DNA of 17,445 nucleotides from Candidatus Heimdallarchaeota archaeon (GCA_016840095.1 JAEOSZ010000085.1:1-17445); one strand, 5' to 3'. Positions 1-9,493 are shown, numbered from the stretch's first letter. Numbers and translations are program-made. Notes: generated by a model not told the origin, from the sequence alone.

Positions 1-248
1 GGATGTGTAAAATTATCTGGATCTGAACCTACATTCACAATGAGGGGTTCATCTGTATAAAGAGTTGCTTGTAATTTTGGTTGAAGTGTATCATCAACTG
101 CTTGAATATTGTCTGACGATTCATCAATTGTTAATTTATTATCAGCATTTAGAAGTACTGTAGGAGTACTACCCAATACTGAAGTGCTGAACAATAAAAT
201 CAGAAAAAGACTGATTATTTTCTCCCTTTTTAGTTTTGATTTGTTCAT
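1..248 (-). CDS. N-terminal part of a secreted/surface protein (truncated by the window edge)
   Basis: Manual translation from ATG at 248 is open to the edge: MNKSKLKREKIISLFLILLFSTSVLGSTPTVLLNADNKLTIDESSDNIQAVDDTLQPKLQATLYTDEPLIVNVGSDPDNFTH... The basic N-terminus plus hydrophobic stretch looks like a signal peptide. Not in the ORF track because no stop lies in the window. Confidence 0.75.
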   Translation of the reverse strand, partial: MNKSKLKREKIISLFLILLFSTSVLGSTPTVLLNADNKLTIDESSDNIQAVDDTLQPKLQATLYTDEPLIVNVGSDPDNFTH

Positions 249-339
249 AATAGATACAATTATACCTTTTTCTTATAAATTCTTTCTAAAATTAGGATTA
301 GAATCTTTGATTCTGAAATTCCTTTCAAAAAACTTTCTG

Positions 340-1722
340 CTAACTTGAATAATAAGGTTTGATAAAGGATCCATAACCTCTTTTAGCTAGAAATTCTCCA
401 TTCTTAAAAATTTCATTTCCTCTAACAATGGTTTGTTTTATTTTTCCTTTTAGATTCCATTCATCAAAAATAGTAACTTTTTGTTTTGTGTATAGGTTTT
501 TGTTCTTTACAACATATTCTTCTTTCATATCTACTATAATCAAATCAGCATCAGAATTTAATGAAATTGTTCCTTTTCTAGGATGTATTCCAAATCTCTT
601 TGCTTGATTCAGTGATGTTACTTCAGTAAATCTGTTCAAAGATAGTTTTCTTTTATTAACAGCATCCAGCATCAATGGAATCATTGTTTCCAGTCCTGGA
701 GTTCCAGATCCTACACCAAAAATACCTTTTTCACTTGAGCTAACATCCTTTTCTTCACAACTATAGGGTGAGTGATCAGTAGCAACCATATCTATGGTTC
801 CATCATTCAATGCTTTCCAAGCTGCTTCCACATGTTCTTTCGACCTTATTGGGGGGTCGGATTTTGCCCAAGAACCAATTTCAGCTGCTTCTTCTGATGT
901 TAGAAAGAGATGATGTGGAGTAATTTCGCAACTAACATCCCAACTTCTTTTCTTTGCTAATCTAATAAAATCAAAAGAATTTTTGGAGCTCATGTGAACA
1001 AGATTTAATTTTACTCCTGCTGAATTTGCTAAAACCATAGCTCGAAGACTTGCTTCATCTTCTGCTATTGTTGGACGAGAATCTGTATGTGCTTGAAAAT
1101 CATATTTTCCTAAAGACACAATTCTATTTATCTCACTATTGATTATTGAATCATTTTCCGCATGTATACAGCTTACTAAACCTACTTCAGCAATTTTAGA
1201 GAAGATTTGTAACAAGAATGAATCATTCTTTGCTGAAAGATCTTTAAGCTCATACATCTCCTCTGGGGCATCTAACATAAACGTCTTGAATGCTATAGCA
1301 CCCTTTGAAGCAAGCTCTTCTATAGTATCTATATTATTATTTCCTGCAGCACCAATTAAACCAAAATCAATGATACTCTTTTCTTTCATTGCTTTTAGCT
1401 GACTATCGAATGCTTCAAGAGCTGTTTGTCCCTCAATCCCCATTGGCATTTCTAAAAATGTAGTAATTCCCCCAGAAGAAGCTGCCTGAGTTCCTGTATA
1501 GAAATCCTCTCTATAAGAAAATTCTAAATCAAGAATGTGTGTATGAACATCTATCCCTCCAGGTAAAACAAGACGTTTATTAGCATCAATAGTTTTTTCT
1601 GCTTTTGGTAGAGTATTTGTCTTTCCTATTTTGACAATCTTTCCTTGATCGATACTCAAACCAGTTTCTATTAATTCATTACCGACAAACACTTTTCCAT
1701 TTATGATATTCAAATCAGCCAT
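340..1722 (-). CDS. Cyclic amidohydrolase (allantoinase / D-hydantoinase / dihydroorotase family)
   Basis: Motifs PGGIDVHTH, GGITT, AFKTFM (candidate carboxylated Lys), IHAEN, LVHMS, CEITPHHL, ATDHSP, ADLIIVD, TIVRG. Lacks the HxR Arg after DxHxH typical of dihydroorotases. A hydantoin racemase lies nearby, so allantoinase/hydantoinase is favoured. Confidence 0.88.
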   Translation of the reverse strand: MADLNIINGKVFVGNELIETGLSIDQGKIVKIGKTNTLPKAEKTIDANKRLVLPGGIDVHTHILDLEFSYREDFYTGTQAASSGGITTFLEMPMGIEGQTALEAFDSQLKAMKEKSIIDFGLIGAAGNNNIDTIEELASKGAIAFKTFMLDAPEEMYELKDLSAKNDSFLLQIFSKIAEVGLVSCIHAENDSIINSEINRIVSLGKYDFQAHTDSRPTIAEDEASLRAMVLANSAGVKLNLVHMSSKNSFDFIRLAKKRSWDVSCEITPHHLFLTSEEAAEIGSWAKSDPPIRSKEHVEAAWKALNDGTIDMVATDHSPYSCEEKDVSSSEKGIFGVGSGTPGLETMIPLMLDAVNKRKLSLNRFTEVTSLNQAKRFGIHPRKGTISLNSDADLIIVDMKEEYVVKNKNLYTKQKVTIFDEWNLKGKIKQTIVRGNEIFKNGEFLAKRGYGSFIKPYYSS

Positions 1723-1810
1723 ATTTTTCTATCCAACAACTTTTTTTGCAGTACTTTTATTTTACAGTAGAAGAATATATCTTTAAATCTTCGTGAGGAG
1801 TGTTTAAGAC

Positions 1811-3196
1811 ATGCAAGATAAGAACAATACTCGCATCTATTCAGGTGCAACTCCATCAGAAGTGATGGAAGATTTACAACCATTAGTTAATTTCCAGGAA
1901 GAAGGAATATCTGCGGACAAGCTTGACAAAATGCTAAAGGAAAGATTGCTTCCCCATTTGATGAAATATGACCATCCAAACTTCCTATCAATGTTCAATG
2001 ATTTTCCAGAAGAAGGAGCAAAAATTGGAGCAAAACTTGCACTAGAGTATAATCAAGGTGTTACTGATTGGTATGTATCACCCGGAGGAACTATGTTGGA
2101 AGAACTTTGTATCAAAGCTTTATGTTCTCTGTTTGGTTTAGAAGCTGGTTCTGATGGTACTTTCATGTATTCTGGAACTTATGCTAATCAAGAAGCCTTG
2201 TATCTTGCATTACATTGGAAAGCTGAACAAGAAGGGTTTGACTTCGCAAAAGAAGGATTAAAAGGATTTGAACATCCTGAAAGATTAGTTTTACTAACCT
2301 CTTTCGATGCTCATTTTTCACTCAAGCATGCTATTAGAATGCTTGGATTAGGTGAGAATAATCTCATCACTCTAAACGTTGATGCAAATAGGAGAATTGA
2401 TCTTCTTCAGTTACAAAAATCTGTTCTTCAGATTCAAGAAACACATGATGTATTTTGTGTTGTTGCAACAACAGGAACAACTTCAACCGGTTCAATAGAT
2501 AATGTGCTAGAAATCTCCAAACTATGCCAAAGAATTGGTGTTTGGTTACACGTTGATGGAGCTTATGGTTTGGCTTATTCTTTGGTTCCTGAATATAGAG
2601 ATAGGTTCTATGGCATTGAATTTGCTGATTCAGTTTCTTGGGATCCTCACAAACAATTTGGTATTCCTATACCTAATTCCATTTTATTTGTTAGAAGAAA
2701 AGAAGATTTCAATCGAATGGTTTTAAGAAGTGATTATATTTATAGGGAGGGTGAAAGTGTTCCTAGTCCTGGCTTGAAATCACCTCCTTCCACAAGACCT
2801 TTTTCAGCTTTATCTTTAGTTACTTCGATAAGATATCAAGGAATTTCAAAAGTCCTAGATAGATTAAGATCACCTGTTGAAGCAATAGAGGCAGCTTTCA
2901 ACTCTCTTAAAAACGATTCTGAAATCGAATTGTGTAATAGACCTGAAACTGGAATTCTCTGTTTTAGAATTAATAACAAAAAGATATCTGAAGACCAGAT
3001 GAATGATTTCCTAAAAGAAGTCTATGAAGAAGTAATTACTGAAGGTAAACATTCAATCTCATTTACTAAACTAGATTCTAAAGCAGTTTTAAGAATAGTT
3101 GCAATTTCACCAACTGATGCAGAAACTTTATTGAAAACCATTTCCTATGTAAAGAAGAAAGCAGAATTGGTTGCAGAGAGAGGTTTACAATTATGA
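1811..3196 (+). CDS. Group II pyridoxal-phosphate-dependent decarboxylase (DABA/glutamate/aromatic amino acid decarboxylase family)
   Basis: Motifs SGTYANQEAL, AHFSLKHA, VVATTGTTSTGSID, HVDGAYG, SVSWDPHK (PLP lysine). GAGGAG RBS at 1795-1800. Confidence 0.9.
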   Translation: MQDKNNTRIYSGATPSEVMEDLQPLVNFQEEGISADKLDKMLKERLLPHLMKYDHPNFLSMFNDFPEEGAKIGAKLALEYNQGVTDWYVSPGGTMLEELCIKALCSLFGLEAGSDGTFMYSGTYANQEALYLALHWKAEQEGFDFAKEGLKGFEHPERLVLLTSFDAHFSLKHAIRMLGLGENNLITLNVDANRRIDLLQLQKSVLQIQETHDVFCVVATTGTTSTGSIDNVLEISKLCQRIGVWLHVDGAYGLAYSLVPEYRDRFYGIEFADSVSWDPHKQFGIPIPNSILFVRRKEDFNRMVLRSDYIYREGESVPSPGLKSPPSTRPFSALSLVTSIRYQGISKVLDRLRSPVEAIEAAFNSLKNDSEIELCNRPETGILCFRINNKKISEDQMNDFLKEVYEEVITEGKHSISFTKLDSKAVLRIVAISPTDAETLLKTISYVKKKAELVAERGLQL

Positions 3197-3870
3197 AGAT
3201 ATTGATAATTAATCCAAATAGTGATCTGGAGATGACCTTAGCAATTCAAGAAACTGCAGGTTCATTTGTGGAGAAGAATATACAGGTAACTTGTATTCAA
3301 ACTCCAGGAGCACCGAAATTCATTGAAACTTATGAAGATCAGATAAAAGCAGCTCCTGGTATGATTAAGATTGTAAGAGAAAATGAAAAGGAATATGATG
3401 GTTTTATTATTGCATGTCATTGTGATCCAAATTTAGATGTGATCAAAGAGATAACAGTGAAACCAGTTGTTGGGATAGGTGAGGCTTCAATGAAGTTAGC
3501 ATCTATGCTAGGACACAGTTTCTCAGTAATATCCATGACAGAACAATCCATACCAAATAAGGAAGCTTTGATTCGAAAATATCATCTCCAGGATGTCTTA
3601 GCATCTGTTAGAGCTCCAACAGAACAACATAAGAATCTCAAAGAAGAAGAGAAATACTTGGAAACTGCTAAACTTGCAATCATTGAAGATAAAGCTGAAG
3701 TAATTGTATTAGGTTGCGCTGGAATGACAGGAGTGGATAAGAGATTGGAAAAAGAACTTGGAGTCCCAGTTCTTGATGGAGTTGTTAGTGCTCTCATTAT
3801 ATTAATTGGTTTGATAAAGCATAATCTTTCAATAAGTAAAATAAGAAGATATAGATCTTCAAAAAGTTAA
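3193..3870 (+). CDS. Hydantoin/allantoin racemase (Asp/Glu/hydantoin racemase family)
   Basis: Motifs ILIINPNS, IIACHCDP, PVVGIGEAS, IVLGCAGM, PVLDGV carry the two catalytic Cys. ATGA overlap with the decarboxylase stop suggests translational coupling. Confidence 0.9.
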   Translation: MKILIINPNSDLEMTLAIQETAGSFVEKNIQVTCIQTPGAPKFIETYEDQIKAAPGMIKIVRENEKEYDGFIIACHCDPNLDVIKEITVKPVVGIGEASMKLASMLGHSFSVISMTEQSIPNKEALIRKYHLQDVLASVRAPTEQHKNLKEEEKYLETAKLAIIEDKAEVIVLGCAGMTGVDKRLEKELGVPVLDGVVSALIILIGLIKHNLSISKIRRYRSSKS

Positions 3871-5247
3871 TCACTTCATACTATTTTCTATTTCTTCTAT
3901 TGATTCTATACAAATTTCAATTCCAGTTTCTGCCAGTTTTTTGGTGATAATTAATGGTGGAAGGAAGCGCAACACATTGTCATAATGACCACCTATTTCT
4001 ATAATCACTCCTCTTTTGAACATCTCATCTCTTATCATTGAGCACAATTTAGAGGATGGTTTCTTTGTTTCTTTATTTTCAACTATTTCAATACCTAACA
4101 TCAACCCTTTTCCTCTAACTTCACCTACTATCGAAGATGAACTCTCAAGTGTCCTCATTTCATTAAGCAAAAACTCTCCAAGCTCTTCAGCATAATTAGC
4201 AAGTTTGTTTTCTATCATAAAATTAATTGAAGCAGCTCCTGCGGCCATTGCACTTACATTTCCTCGAAAAGTACCTATATGAGCAGCTTTTTTCCAAACA
4301 TCCAAATCTTGTCTATATGCTATTGCTGAAAGAGGAAAACCTCCACCTAATGCTTTTGATAAAGTCATTATGTCAGGAGTAGCATTCGAATGTTCGGATG
4401 AGAAGAATTTTCCTGTTCTGCAGAATCCTGCTTGAATTTCATCAAACACTATTGGTACACCGTACTTATTACTTATTTCAGCTATTCTTTTAACAAAACT
4501 TTCATGAGGAACTATTGATCCACCTTCTCCTTGAATAGGTTCAATAATAGTCATAGCAGGATCTACTACTCCAGAATGAGGATCTTCCAATACATGTTCA
4601 TAATAATTTGCACTAGCTTCAGCGCATTCTTCAGCTGTGGTAGATTTGAATGGACATCTGTATGAATAAGCATAAGGAACAAAATGCACTTCTGGAATCA
4701 AAGGCATATAGTTTTTCTTCCAAAATTTACCTGAAGTCAGAGCTAAAGCCCCAGATGTCATCCCATGATATGCTCCTTCAAAAGCAATAATTCCATGTCT
4801 CTTTGTAATAGTTTTAGAGAGCTTTATTGCGCTTTCAACAGCATCAGAACCTGTTGGTCCTCCAAAAATTACTTTCGAATTGTTTCTTAAATTACCGGGT
4901 AAAATATCCTGAATTTTCTCAACTAAGTCGATTCTCATTTTAGTTGGAAAATCAAGTGTATGTGTAATTTGTTTTTGAACTTCTCTTATTTTTTCATCTA
5001 TATAGGGATTACAATGTCCTAAAGCAAGAACTCCTGCTCCTCCAAAAAAATCAATAAAGATGTTATCATCTGCATCTTTTATAGTTGCACCAAAACCTTG
5101 TTTGATGGCGATTGGAGAACCTTTAGGATATGAAACAGGACTACCTTCAAGTTTCTGTTGCAAGTTCAGTATCTCTTTTGATTTTATTCCTGGAAGTTCA
5201 CTCTTGATTAATGGGGCTTCTAAAAAACTCAACTCATCAAATTTCAT
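3871..5247 (-). CDS. Class III PLP aminotransferase, diaminobutyrate--2-oxoglutarate transaminase (Dat/EctB)-like or GABA aminotransferase-like
   Basis: Motifs DFFGGAGVLALGH, GPTGSDAVESAIK, AYHGMT, EPIQGEGG, DEIQAGFCRTG, SKALGGG (PLP lysine), HIGTFRGN, LRFLPPL. GPTG..AVE and GTFRGN are characteristic of the Dat/EctB subgroup. Confidence 0.88.
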   Translation of the reverse strand: MKFDELSFLEAPLIKSELPGIKSKEILNLQQKLEGSPVSYPKGSPIAIKQGFGATIKDADDNIFIDFFGGAGVLALGHCNPYIDEKIREVQKQITHTLDFPTKMRIDLVEKIQDILPGNLRNNSKVIFGGPTGSDAVESAIKLSKTITKRHGIIAFEGAYHGMTSGALALTSGKFWKKNYMPLIPEVHFVPYAYSYRCPFKSTTAEECAEASANYYEHVLEDPHSGVVDPAMTIIEPIQGEGGSIVPHESFVKRIAEISNKYGVPIVFDEIQAGFCRTGKFFSSEHSNATPDIMTLSKALGGGFPLSAIAYRQDLDVWKKAAHIGTFRGNVSAMAAGAASINFMIENKLANYAEELGEFLLNEMRTLESSSSIVGEVRGKGLMLGIEIVENKETKKPSSKLCSMIRDEMFKRGVIIEIGGHYDNVLRFLPPLIITKKLAETGIEICIESIEEIENSMK

Positions 5248-5326
5248 TCTATCAGAAGATTTTTTTGATATATTAAAATATTAGGCAATACTCTTCTTCA
5301 ATAAAATAAAATCTTTTACTTCTTCT

Positions 5327-6037
5327 CTATTTCTTTTCTAAGCTTTCAAGAAGACTTGAGTATTTTTCTGAATTCTTCACTAATTCTACTAATCCTAAAA
5401 TATGAATAATATCAGAAATCTCAGATACTGAAAGTTTCTCTAATGTCTTAACAAATTCTTCTGGTTTCTCTTTAAACAACTTACTTGTTACACTTGAGAA
5501 ACTTTTCTTCATGATATCAGTGAATTTTTCTATATGTTTTTCATCTGGTTTGGGAATATCATAAAGGAGACTAAGTATTTTGCTCATGCTTTCAATACAG
5601 TTTGGATCATCACAAATCATTTTTGAATAGAAGTCTTCAACAAAGAAGAACTTCGCTGTTCTAGCAAAAATTTTTGCAGTCATGGGCTTTTCCATTGCTA
5701 CTCTTTTTCCCCAGACGGTAACAAAATCTAACTTAATAAGATGTTGAATGTATCTATAGAGAGATTTATCCGAACGTTTTCGCTTAGCTACATAATCCTT
5801 GATATCTTTTTCATTTCTAAGTCCCATTTTTTTGGCTTCTTTTCTAATAAATCGGTCTGCGTCCTGGTTTATTTCCCAAACTGTTTTCGGACCTTCTCTA
5901 AGAGAGGCTAAAATAGGATAGTAAATTGGATTAGACATTATTTCAAGTTTGGATTCTTCTTTAATCAGGATTATAGGTTTTTGTTTATATTTTGAATCAG
6001 GAACATCTTGAGTTTCAATTTCATCTAGAGCTTTCAT
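5327..6037 (-). CDS. Winged helix-turn-helix (ArsR-like) putative transcriptional regulator
   Basis: ILASLREGPKTVWEI...SDKSLYRYIQHLIKLDFV...IFARTAKFF fits a wHTH with an insertion. Divergent from the neighbouring gene across a palindrome-rich spacer. Confidence 0.65.
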   Translation of the reverse strand: MKALDEIETQDVPDSKYKQKPIILIKEESKLEIMSNPIYYPILASLREGPKTVWEINQDADRFIRKEAKKMGLRNEKDIKDYVAKRKRSDKSLYRYIQHLIKLDFVTVWGKRVAMEKPMTAKIFARTAKFFFVEDFYSKMICDDPNCIESMSKILSLLYDIPKPDEKHIEKFTDIMKKSFSSVTSKLFKEKPEEFVKTLEKLSVSEISDIIHILGLVELVKNSEKYSSLLESLEKK

Positions 6038-6064
6038 GCTATCATCACAGTATTGCTTTTACAG

Positions 6065-6080
6065 ATATATTAAAGGTTTC
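6065..6080 (-). promoter_or_regulatory. Putative archaeal BRE-TATA promoter for the wHTH gene
   Basis: Minus strand reads GAAACCTTTAATATAT, about 30 nt upstream of the ATG at 6037. Confidence 0.45.
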
Positions 6081-6108
6081 CCGTGCACTTATAAACGTTC
6101 GCAATTAA

Positions 6109-6126
6109 CGAGAAACCTTATAAGTG
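6109..6126 (+). promoter_or_regulatory. Putative archaeal BRE-TATA promoter for the GNAT-like gene
   Basis: CGAGAAACCTTATAAGTG mirrors the divergent GAAACCTTTA element. Confidence 0.45.
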
Positions 6127-6130
6127 TTTA

Positions 6131-6161
6131 TGAGAGGCGTCTCTCAATGCTTGAGAAAGCA
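6131..6161. promoter_or_regulatory. Overlapping palindromes, candidate operator array
   Basis: TGAGAG-gcgt-CTCTCA (6131-6146), TCTCAA-tgc-TTGAGA (6142-6156) and TGCTT-gaga-AAGCA (6148-6161), just downstream of the TATA-like box. Confidence 0.45.
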
Positions 6162-6193
6162 AGAAATAAAAAGTTGTTTTAGGTGTTTAAAAA

Positions 6194-7084
6194 ATGGAAT
6201 TTAAAACTTATGAAGAATCAAGGTTGAAAGACCTTGGAGAATTAGTAAAAGAGGTAGTCAGTGATTGGCCTCAAGATCCTTGGTATCCTACAATGGAACA
6301 ATTAAAGCAGGCTTACGATAATAACGAGAACTTCACTCCTGAAACTCGTCATTTCCTGTATGATGGTGATAAGTTAGTTGCTTTTCTTGCAAGTGCTCTA
6401 GAACAAGAAGTTGAAGGTGTTCAATGGGGGTCTATACATATGCCATTCATTAGAAAGGGATATGAGAAGGTAGAAGAAAAACTACGTGACAAAACCATTG
6501 GACTCCTCAAATCAAAAGGAGCACAGGCGATCTATGCATACTCTAGACCCGAAAATGGTTATATTCCAGACCTATTAAAGAAATGGGGATTTGAAATAAC
6601 TGAAGAGACAGGTAAAAGAACTATTCTTTCAGCTAGTAAGCTTGCAAAGAAAGATTACAAAGCACCAGATTATATTAAGGAACTTGATCTGAAAAAAGAT
6701 GAACATCTTGCCAAATTCAAAAAATTGTATCTTAAAGCTCGCAAAGAAGTTGAAGAAGCAAACTTTGATGAAACTATGAAAACTTTCCGTGAAAGAGATT
6801 TAACTATTTCTTTAGTAATTGCAAAGAAGGATGATGCAGTATCATATGGTTTACTCTACAAAGCAGAACAACCAGAAAGATCATTCTTATCTTCAATACC
6901 AGTTTTCGATGAGAAAAAAGGTTTCATCTTGAAAGAAGTCTTTGATTATATGGTGCATAAAGCAAACAAAGAAGGTTATGAAGAAATCTATCATGCTTTG
7001 GTAGATGCGGAAAATGAGAAGATCTACAAAGAAATGGGCATAGAGTTTTCTCCTTCACATAGATATGAACTAAAACTAGATTAA
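6194..7084 (+). CDS. Hypothetical protein, probable tandem GNAT-fold acetyltransferase-like
   Basis: 296-aa ORF with AGGTG RBS at 6181-6185. HFLYDGDKLVAFL...LLKSKGAQAIYAY...LLKKWGFE and a similar second half (..KANKEGYEEIY..IYKEMGIEF) resemble GNAT folds. Confidence 0.55.
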   Translation: MEFKTYEESRLKDLGELVKEVVSDWPQDPWYPTMEQLKQAYDNNENFTPETRHFLYDGDKLVAFLASALEQEVEGVQWGSIHMPFIRKGYEKVEEKLRDKTIGLLKSKGAQAIYAYSRPENGYIPDLLKKWGFEITEETGKRTILSASKLAKKDYKAPDYIKELDLKKDEHLAKFKKLYLKARKEVEEANFDETMKTFRERDLTISLVIAKKDDAVSYGLLYKAEQPERSFLSSIPVFDEKKGFILKEVFDYMVHKANKEGYEEIYHALVDAENEKIYKEMGIEFSPSHRYELKLD

Positions 7085-7094
7085 GATAATGTGA

Positions 7095-7128
7095 TTTCTT
7101 CTTCTTTTTTTTCTTTTTTCTTTTTTTT
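7095..7128 (+). terminator. Archaeal-type oligo-T (pyrimidine tract) terminator
   Basis: An uninterrupted T/C tract with several runs of 6-8 T lies just after the stop at 7084, between convergent genes. Confidence 0.6.
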
Positions 7129-7136
7129 ACAATTCT

Positions 7137-7511
7137 TTACTCTTTTATTCCACCTATTAGAAACAATATTCCTCCGACTAGAACTAGAATTCCTCCAGAA
7201 CCTCCAGCAATTAATCCAAGAACTAGTAAAACTATTCCAAGGATGATTCTATTACGTATTGGAGTACCCATTTTAAGCTGCAGTTGTAACCAACTCCAAA
7301 CAAGAAGCAAAACTAGAAAACCCAGTACAATCATTATTAATCCATTTAACCATCTAATACCTGTGAAAGTCAAAAGTGAAAGTTCACCTACAATTCCGCT
7401 GATATCAGATGCAATAGTTAAGATTCCTTGAATAACTAAAAGAAATCCCCCTATCAATGAATCTATATACCCTGCACTAATCCAATTAACCTTGTAAACA
7501 ATTACTGACAT
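7137..7511 (-). CDS. Small hydrophobic membrane protein (about 4 TM segments)
   Basis: 124 aa, mostly hydrophobic and Gly-rich helices (ILGIVLLVLGLIAGGSGGILVLVGGILFLIGG). Confidence 0.7.
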   Translation of the reverse strand: MSVIVYKVNWISAGYIDSLIGGFLLVIQGILTIASDISGIVGELSLLTFTGIRWLNGLIMIVLGFLVLLLVWSWLQLQLKMGTPIRNRIILGIVLLVLGLIAGGSGGILVLVGGILFLIGGIKE

Positions 7512-7627
7512 ATACTCTTGTGTGCTTCAAGAATATTTATTTTTTCTGCTTAAGATATTAGATATTCTGGATTAAATTATTATACTATATTCAACAAGAG
7601 TAAATATACATAAGCAGAGGTATCAGC

Positions 7628-8584
7628 TTGCTCAAAGCCCAAAATATTTGTAAAACTTTCCAAACAAATAAAATCAAAGCACTTCAAGATTTCTCCTTAG
7701 AAATAGAAAAGGGAGAAATTATGGGGCTTCTGGGACCTAATGGGGCAGGAAAAACAACTTTTGTAAAAATTGCAGTAGGGGTATTGGCCAAAGATTCAGG
7801 TTCAATTTCAATTTTTGGCTATGATGGTGATAAGGACAGAAAAAAGATTTCAGAAAATATTGCATGGATTCCCCAAGAAGGAGTTCAGAAAATGCTTTAT
7901 CAAAAAACAGGTAGAGAGAACATTATCTATTATTCATGGATTAGAGGTCTTACACGAAAAGAAACAAATCTTAGAATAGATAAAATAATGGATCAAATGC
8001 TTATTAATAAAAAAGTAATAGATAAACCTTATAGGCTTATGAGTGGAGGTCAAAAACAATATGTCAATATCATGAATGGGTTGGTAATGAATGCAGATTT
8101 AATTTTTTGTGATGAAATTTCTGTGAGTATTGATCCTATAATTTCTAAAAATATCTATCTTTATCTTAAGGAAATTGTAGAAGAAGGCAAAACCGTTTTA
8201 CTAACCTCACAGAACATAGACGAGGTTGAAGATTTGTCTAATAGAGTTGCTTTAATTAACGAAGGCAAAATTATGACTGTTGACACTCCTAGAAAGATAT
8301 CTAGAAATATTCTCAAATATGAGATTATAGATTTGATTTTTGAAAGAAATGTAAGTGAAATACCCAAAATGAGTGAGTTTTGTAATGAACTTGAGACTCA
8401 CAAATTATTTCTTTCTGGTATTCAAGATAACAACAAACTAAGGGTTCAATGTAAAACTGCAAAAATCTTCTTAGCAGATATCTTACAGTTATTAGATAAA
8501 TACTCATTAAACCCAGCCATAGAAGCTGGAAAGGCCAACTTAAAAATGGCTGTTCAATTAATTAAGGAGGAGAATGAAGCTTGA
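7628..8584 (+). CDS. ABC-2/DrrA-like exporter ATP-binding subunit
   Basis: Walker A GPNGAGKTT, Q-loop WIPQE, signature MSGGQKQ, Walker B LIFCDE, switch LLTSQNIDE. TTG start with GAGGT RBS at 7617-7621. Confidence 0.93.
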   Translation: MLKAQNICKTFQTNKIKALQDFSLEIEKGEIMGLLGPNGAGKTTFVKIAVGVLAKDSGSISIFGYDGDKDRKKISENIAWIPQEGVQKMLYQKTGRENIIYYSWIRGLTRKETNLRIDKIMDQMLINKKVIDKPYRLMSGGQKQYVNIMNGLVMNADLIFCDEISVSIDPIISKNIYLYLKEIVEEGKTVLLTSQNIDEVEDLSNRVALINEGKIMTVDTPRKISRNILKYEIIDLIFERNVSEIPKMSEFCNELETHKLFLSGIQDNNKLRVQCKTAKIFLADILQLLDKYSLNPAIEAGKANLKMAVQLIKEENEA

Positions 8585-9420
8585 AAACTTTTTATGCTAA
8601 TTTTTGGAGAGAGGTAAGATATAATATTGGAAGAAAAGGTGTCTGGATTGGAAGAATTGCTAATGTATCTGTTTCTATTCTTACAGCTTTTGCGATGGGA
8701 GTAATTTATGCTTTTAGCTCAGATGCTCAAAATAATTTAGGCATTGGAAATGTAGGTTTGTTTTTATTAACAGGTTTTTTTATGCAGTATTTAGTTCTGA
8801 CTAGTGTAACTGTAGCACCCAACACATTTTGGGCTGATATTAGATACGGTTCATTAGAATTTGTGTTTTTCTGTGATTTCAGTATAACAGAATATATCTT
8901 TGGCATGTATTCTGCTCAATTTCTTTTTGATTTCATAATTTCAATACCTTTCTTCATCGTACTTGCAGTTCTAGCAGCTGTGCAATCAATTGCACCTATT
9001 GTGATTCTAATTTTCATGGCGTTTGTAATTCTATCATTCTTATGCCTATTCTCAGTATCAATGCTATTTTCATCATTATATGCTTTAAGCAAGCAATTCA
9101 TGGGGTATAGTAGAGTTCTATTCTCAATTGTATACTTCATATGTGGTGTATATTTCCCAGTCCAAGGATATCTTACACTTTTTAACGAAACTGGAGGGTG
9201 GATAGCTATTGCAATAGTTTCTATTTTTCCCTATACATATGTATTCGATTTAGCACGTAAAATTGTATTCGGAGCATCCTATGAGACGATATATCCATTA
9301 TGGTTAGAATTTTTGCTATTATTTGTCACATGTGCTATCCTCTATTTACTTTCACTTTGGATTTTTAGGAAAGGTTTAGCTAAACTAAAAAAGGAAGGAT
9401 TTGCGGGATACAGATATTAG
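8581..9420 (+). CDS. ABC-2 type exporter permease
   Basis: About 6 TM helices. Motifs DIRYGSLE, ICGVYFPV and FPYTYVFDLAR are typical of ABC-2 permeases. TTGA overlap with the ATPase stop; AAGGAGGA RBS upstream. Confidence 0.88.
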   Translation: MKTFYANFWREVRYNIGRKGVWIGRIANVSVSILTAFAMGVIYAFSSDAQNNLGIGNVGLFLLTGFFMQYLVLTSVTVAPNTFWADIRYGSLEFVFFCDFSITEYIFGMYSAQFLFDFIISIPFFIVLAVLAAVQSIAPIVILIFMAFVILSFLCLFSVSMLFSSLYALSKQFMGYSRVLFSIVYFICGVYFPVQGYLTLFNETGGWIAIAIVSIFPYTYVFDLARKIVFGASYETIYPLWLEFLLLFVTCAILYLLSLWIFRKGLAKLKKEGFAGYRY

Positions 9421-9493
9421 AAAAGGCAAGACAAGAATTAAATAATGAAAGGAAAACATTGGTACTAATACAAATATAATGAAGGGAGAAAAA

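Noticed and set aside
109-348. 79-aa plus-strand ORF
   Set aside because: Antisense to a better minus-strand ORF (ATG 248) with a signal peptide; no recognisable features.
8198-8225. ABC ATPase H-loop His replaced by Gln (LLTSQN), suggesting an inactive enzyme
   Set aside because: Gln at this position occurs in DrrA-type exporters (TTQY); all other motifs are intact.
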